From the human T2T-CHM13v2.0 reference genome, Homo sapiens, in assembly GCF_009914755.1 (NCBI RefSeq), contig NC_060927.1: a stretch of DNA of 64,000 nucleotides, one strand, 5' to 3'. Positions 54,400 to 64,000 of this stretch are shown here, piece after piece. Numbering within the stretch: position 1 is the first letter of the stretch; every line of letters starts with the position of its first letter. Under the pieces are notes generated by a model. It saw only the letters and a program-made list of their open reading frames with translations, ran no database searches and was not told the origin of the DNA. The position numbers and the translations under genes were made by a program.

Positions 54400-54820
54400 T
54401 CTTCTTCATTATTGGCATTTCACTCCGTAAATGTCTTAGCCTAGACAATCAACAAAGCCATAAACCAAATCCTGATTTGTAGCATTTGCTGACTTCTGTG
54501 TTTAAATTACCCATCATAGGCGATTTTAAGTTACAATATGTAGTCGTTGAATACAGATTTGGAGAGAGTCACAATTGCACACTCTTTTATATTTTTCCAC
54601 CTAAAAGGTACAATAGACATAAATAACTCTAAGAACACAGATAACAGCAAAATGTAGCAACTAATTAGGAAGAAATGAATTTTGTGTCTCCATTACTTTT
54701 CCAGTAAAATTCATCTAACAAGTGTATTACAAACAAGTGTATGCAATTGAATTTTAACTCAAAATTTTAGAATTTGAACAATTGATGCTAGTTAGGGTGT
54801 GAGCTAGCTCCAGCACATAA
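54400..54820 (+). mobile_element. MER63/Blackjack-like hAT element fragment
   Basis: cctgatttgtagcatttgctgacttc...gagctagctccagcaca terminal motif. Confidence 0.55.
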
Positions 54821-54919
54821 TCCTGTCCCGTGAAGAGAAGTTTTATGGCTTACATTTTTAGATATATCTAAGTTTACTGGAACTCAAATACAGAACAAAA
54901 TCCCACCAAAATTAACATA

Positions 54920-55062
54920 TACTGTCATATATAAATATATACACTTTTATATGTGTACATATATATGTGTATACACACTTTAATATATGTATATATGTAT
55001 ATATACTTTATGTATATGTTTTACATATATTTTTAATATATGCGGGTATCTGTATATATACT
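54920..55062. repeat. TA/TG-rich low-complexity tract
   Basis: Degenerate (TA)n and (TATG)n. Confidence 0.75.
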
Positions 55063-55329
55063 TTTAATTAACAGTCATGTTACAGAGGGCCTACTCTGAC
55101 AGAAATGTACATCTCTCAGAATCATTATCATCCAGTGCAAGTGTCAGCTAACTACTGCCAATAGGCTAGATATCTCTAGCTTGCCACCTGGTTTTGTACT
55201 GCCAGAGAGCTATGTATGGATTTTACACATTTATACTGTAAAGACCATTATCTTTTCCACATGAACAGTTGCTTGAAGAGTTGAGGGTATTGGCAGTAGC
55301 AACAACAGACAACTAAAGAACAAAGCAAA

Positions 55330-56567
<1,238 letters not shown>

Positions 56568-56819
56568 TTTTCTTTTTTTTTATTTTATTTTTCACAGAGT
56601 ATCTTTTTTTTATTATTATACTTTAAGTTTTAGGGTACATGTGTACAACGTGCAGGTTTGTTACATATGTATACATGTGCCATGTTGGTGTGCTGCACCC
56701 ATTAACTCGTCATTTAACGTTAGGTATATCTCCTAATGATATCCCTCCCCGCTCCCCCCACCCCACAACAGGCCCTGGTGTGTGATGTTCCCCTTCCTGT
56801 GTCCATGTGTTCTCATTGT

Positions 56820-60638
<3,819 letters not shown>

Positions 60639-60701
60639 TATGATGTTAGCTGGTTATTTTGCTCATTAGTTGATGCAGTTTCTTCCTAGCCTCGATGGTC
60701 T

Positions 60702-61717
60702 TTACAATTTGGCATGTTTTTGCAGTGGCTGGTACTGGTTGTTCTTTTCCATGTTTAGTGCTTCCTTCAGGAGCTCTTGTAGGGCAGGCCTGGTGGTGAC
60801 AAAATCTCTCAGCATTTGCTTGTCTGTAAAGGATTTTATTTCTCCTTCACTTATGAAGCTTAGTTTGGCTGGATATGAAATTCTGGGTTAAAAATTCTTT
60901 TCTTTACGAATGTTGAATATTGGTCCCCACTCTCTTCTGACTTGTAGAGTTTCTGCCGAGAGATCAGCTGTTAGTCTGATGGGCTTCCCTTTGTGGGTAA
61001 CCCGACCTTTCTCTCTGGCTGCCCTTAACATTTTTTCCTTCATTTCAACTTTGGTGAATCTGACAATTATGTGTCTTGGAGTTGCTGTTCTCAGGGAGTA
61101 TCTTTGTGGCGTTCTCTGTATTTCCTGAATTTGAATGTTGGCCTGCCTTGCCAGATTGGGGAAGTTCTCCTGGATAATATCCTTTAGAGTGTTTTCCAAC
61201 TTGATTCCATTCTCTTCGTCACTTTCAGGTACACCAATTAGATGTAGATTTGGTCTTTTCACGTAGTCCCATATTTCTTGGAGGCTTTGTTCATTTCTTT
61301 TTATTCTTTTTTCTTTAAACTTCTCTTCTCACTTCATTTCATTCATTTGATCTTCCATCACTGATACCCTTTCTTCCAGTTGATCGAATCAGCTACTGAG
61401 GCTTGTGCATTCGCCACGTAGTTCTCGTGCCTTAGTTTTCAGCTCCATCAGGTCCTTTAAGGACTTCTCCACATTGGTTATTCTAGTTAGCCATTCGTCT
61501 ACTTTTTTTCAAGGTTTTTAACTTCTTTTCCATGGGTTTGAACTTCCTCCTTTAGCTCAGATTAGTTTGATCATCTGAAGCCTTCTTCTCTCAACTCGTC
61601 AAAGTCATTCTCCATCCAGCTTTGTTCCATTGCTGGTGAGGAGCTGTGTTCCTTTGGAGGAGGAGAGGCACTCTGATTTTTAAAGTTTCCAGTTTTTCTG
61701 CTCTGTTTTTTCCCCAT
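60702..61717 (-). pseudogene. L1 ORF1, disrupted
   Basis: ATG at 61717 and TAA at 60702; fragment KRPNLHLIGVPE...REKGRVTHKGKPIRLTADLS ends at a premature stop at 60888. Confidence 0.92.
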
Positions 61718-62745
61718 CTTTGTGGTTTAATCTACCTTTGGTCTTTGATGATGGTGACGTGCAGATGGGGTTTTGGTGTGAATGTCCTTTCTGTTTGTTA
61801 GTTTTTCTTCTAACAGTCAGGACCCTCAGCTGCAGGTCTGTTGGAGTTTGCTGGAGGTCCACTCCAGACCCTGTTTGCCTGGGTATCAGCAGCGGAGGCT
61901 GCAGAACAGTGGATATTGGTGAACAGCAATTGTTGCTGCCTGATTTTTCCTCTGGAAATTTTGTCTCAGAGGAGTACCCCGCCGTGTGAGGTGTCAGTCT
62001 GCCCCTACTGGGGGGTGCCTCCCAGTTAAGCTACTTGGGGGTCAGGGACCCCCTTGAGGAGGCAGTCTGTCTGTTCTCAGATCTCCAGCTGGGTGCTGGG
62101 AGAACCACTACTCTCTTCAAAGCTGTCAGACAGGGATATTCAAGTCTTCAGAGGTTTCTGCTGCCTTTTGTTTGCCTATGCCCTGCTCCCAGAGGTGGAG
62201 TCTACAGAGGCAGGCAGTCCTCCTTGAGCTGCAGTCAGCTCCACCCAGTTCGAGCTTCTCGGACGCTTTGTTTACCTACTCAAGCCTCGGCAATAGCGGG
62301 CGCCCCTCCCCCAGCCTTGCTGCCACCTTGCAGTTTGATCTCAGTCTGCTGTGCTAGCAATGAGCAAGGCTCCGTGGGCTAGGACCCTCTGAGCCAGGCA
62401 CCGGATATAATCTCCTGGTGTGCCATTTGCTAAGACCATTGCAAAAGCACAGTATTAGGGTGGGAGTGACCCGATTTTTCAAGTGCCGTCTGTCACCCCT
62501 TTCTTTGACTAGGAAAGGGAATTCCCTGACCCCCTGCAATTCCCAGGTGAGGTGATGCCTCACCCTGCTTTGGCTCACACTCGGTGCACTGCACCCACTG
62601 TCCTGCACCCACTGTCTGACACTCCCCAGTGAGATGAACCTGGTACCTCAGTCGGAAATGCAGAAATCACCCATCTTCTCCGTCGCTCACGCTGGGAGCT
62701 GTAGACTGGAGCTGCTCCTATTCGACCATCTTGGCTCCACCCTCA

Positions 62746-63204
62746 CTGCCACCTAACTTTTCAACTGGAAATGATTACTCTGTAAAGCAATGACATAATA
62801 AAATACAAATATTAAGAAAATAGTCTGACAGAATTCTATCTGCCTTTTAAGGGATAAATTTGTACAATTGAAATTATATGCTAATGGATTGATATCAGTA
62901 TTTGGCAGTTCTCTTAAATGTGAAAAGCTATTTCAAAGACAAAATCTGTAAAATCTCGTTTCAGATCAGCATTAACAGATGAGCAATTATTTATGATGAG
63001 CACAACTTTGAACACTGATTACATAAAATGTTAATAAAATAATTATCAAATTGTACTTGATTTCTATTTTGTGTTTCATCTATAATACTAGCAAGAATTT
63101 TTCTTGTTATACGAGGATCTGCATTTTATCCTTAATTTTGCCTTCAGCCTGGAAACCTAAAATATGTAGTATCTGGCCCCTTAAAACAATTTTGCTGATT
63201 CCTG
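62746..63204 (+). mobile_element. hAT-Charlie fossil, part 2 (C-terminal hATC region and right terminus)
   Basis: Continues across the L1 TSD (PPN..QLEMI); SVFGSSLKCEKLF matches the hATC FGSTYxCE motif; ends cctaaaatatgtagtatctggcccc...tgctgattcctg (Charlie2/MER58-type terminus). Confidence 0.7.
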
Positions 63205-63320
63205 ATCTACTTGAAAATAAAATTAGTAAGTATGAATTGACCCTTTAGAATTCTTTACAAAAACACTCTGCTTACCTGATTGCTGCTGGTAATTATAAAT
63301 AAAACATTTTGCACCCCCCC

Positions 63321-63620
<300 letters not shown>

Positions 63621-64000
63621 CTAGTATAGTAATATATGATATAGATTTAGTTTATATTTAAATACTTGATATTAGATATATGGCCACTTAAAATATAATA
63701 ATAAAAAAGCAATATTGTTTGAAATAAAATATTGATTGATATATCTATTATTATTCTTGACATATATTATGCCTGTATCATGTAGAAGTAATCTGTAAGA
63801 GTGATTTCAATCTTTCTAGCCACTTTCATCCAAAGTTTAATATATATTATTACACATCAGTAGGCCGTGTATCAAAATGCAGTATCAGTCTATAAGCAGT
63901 CTTTGCATTGTGACAAATTGCTTTCATGTTCCCTGTAAAGTTTTCTTCAAGGTACATTCTTATAACAAAGCTGCTTTGGAAAGGTAACCTCTGACCCAGA

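Overview
Primate, almost certainly human, non-coding DNA: it contains AluY/AluYb8, L1PA and THE1 elements and no intact protein-coding gene. The main contents are (i) a truncated ERVL-type provirus with RT and env remnants (705-3170, minus), (ii) a full-length processed pseudogene of PPAT with an exact 14-bp TSD (13554-17223, minus), (iii) a complete two-LTR THE1 MaLR (20894-23231), (iv) an ancient ERVL relic (31.4-35.7 kb), (v) a CpG island (~53.0-53.95 kb), (vi) a hAT/Charlie transposase fossil interrupted by an Alu and a full-length L1PA4-like element, and (vii) ten Alus. From memory, not verified, this arrangement matches PPATP1 and the LINC00506 5' end near VGLL3 on human 3p12; a BLAT search would settle it. 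I found no convincing new biological system. The most unusual signals are DNA-repair and retrotransposition scars: an exact 57-bp templated copy with stuttered junctions, a 70-bp duplicate bracketing an ERV, a probable short L1 3' transduction, a collapsed env in a class III ERV, and CpG retention or gain at the pseudogene 5' end. Repeat subfamily names come from visual recognition and should be confirmed with RepeatMasker/Dfam.
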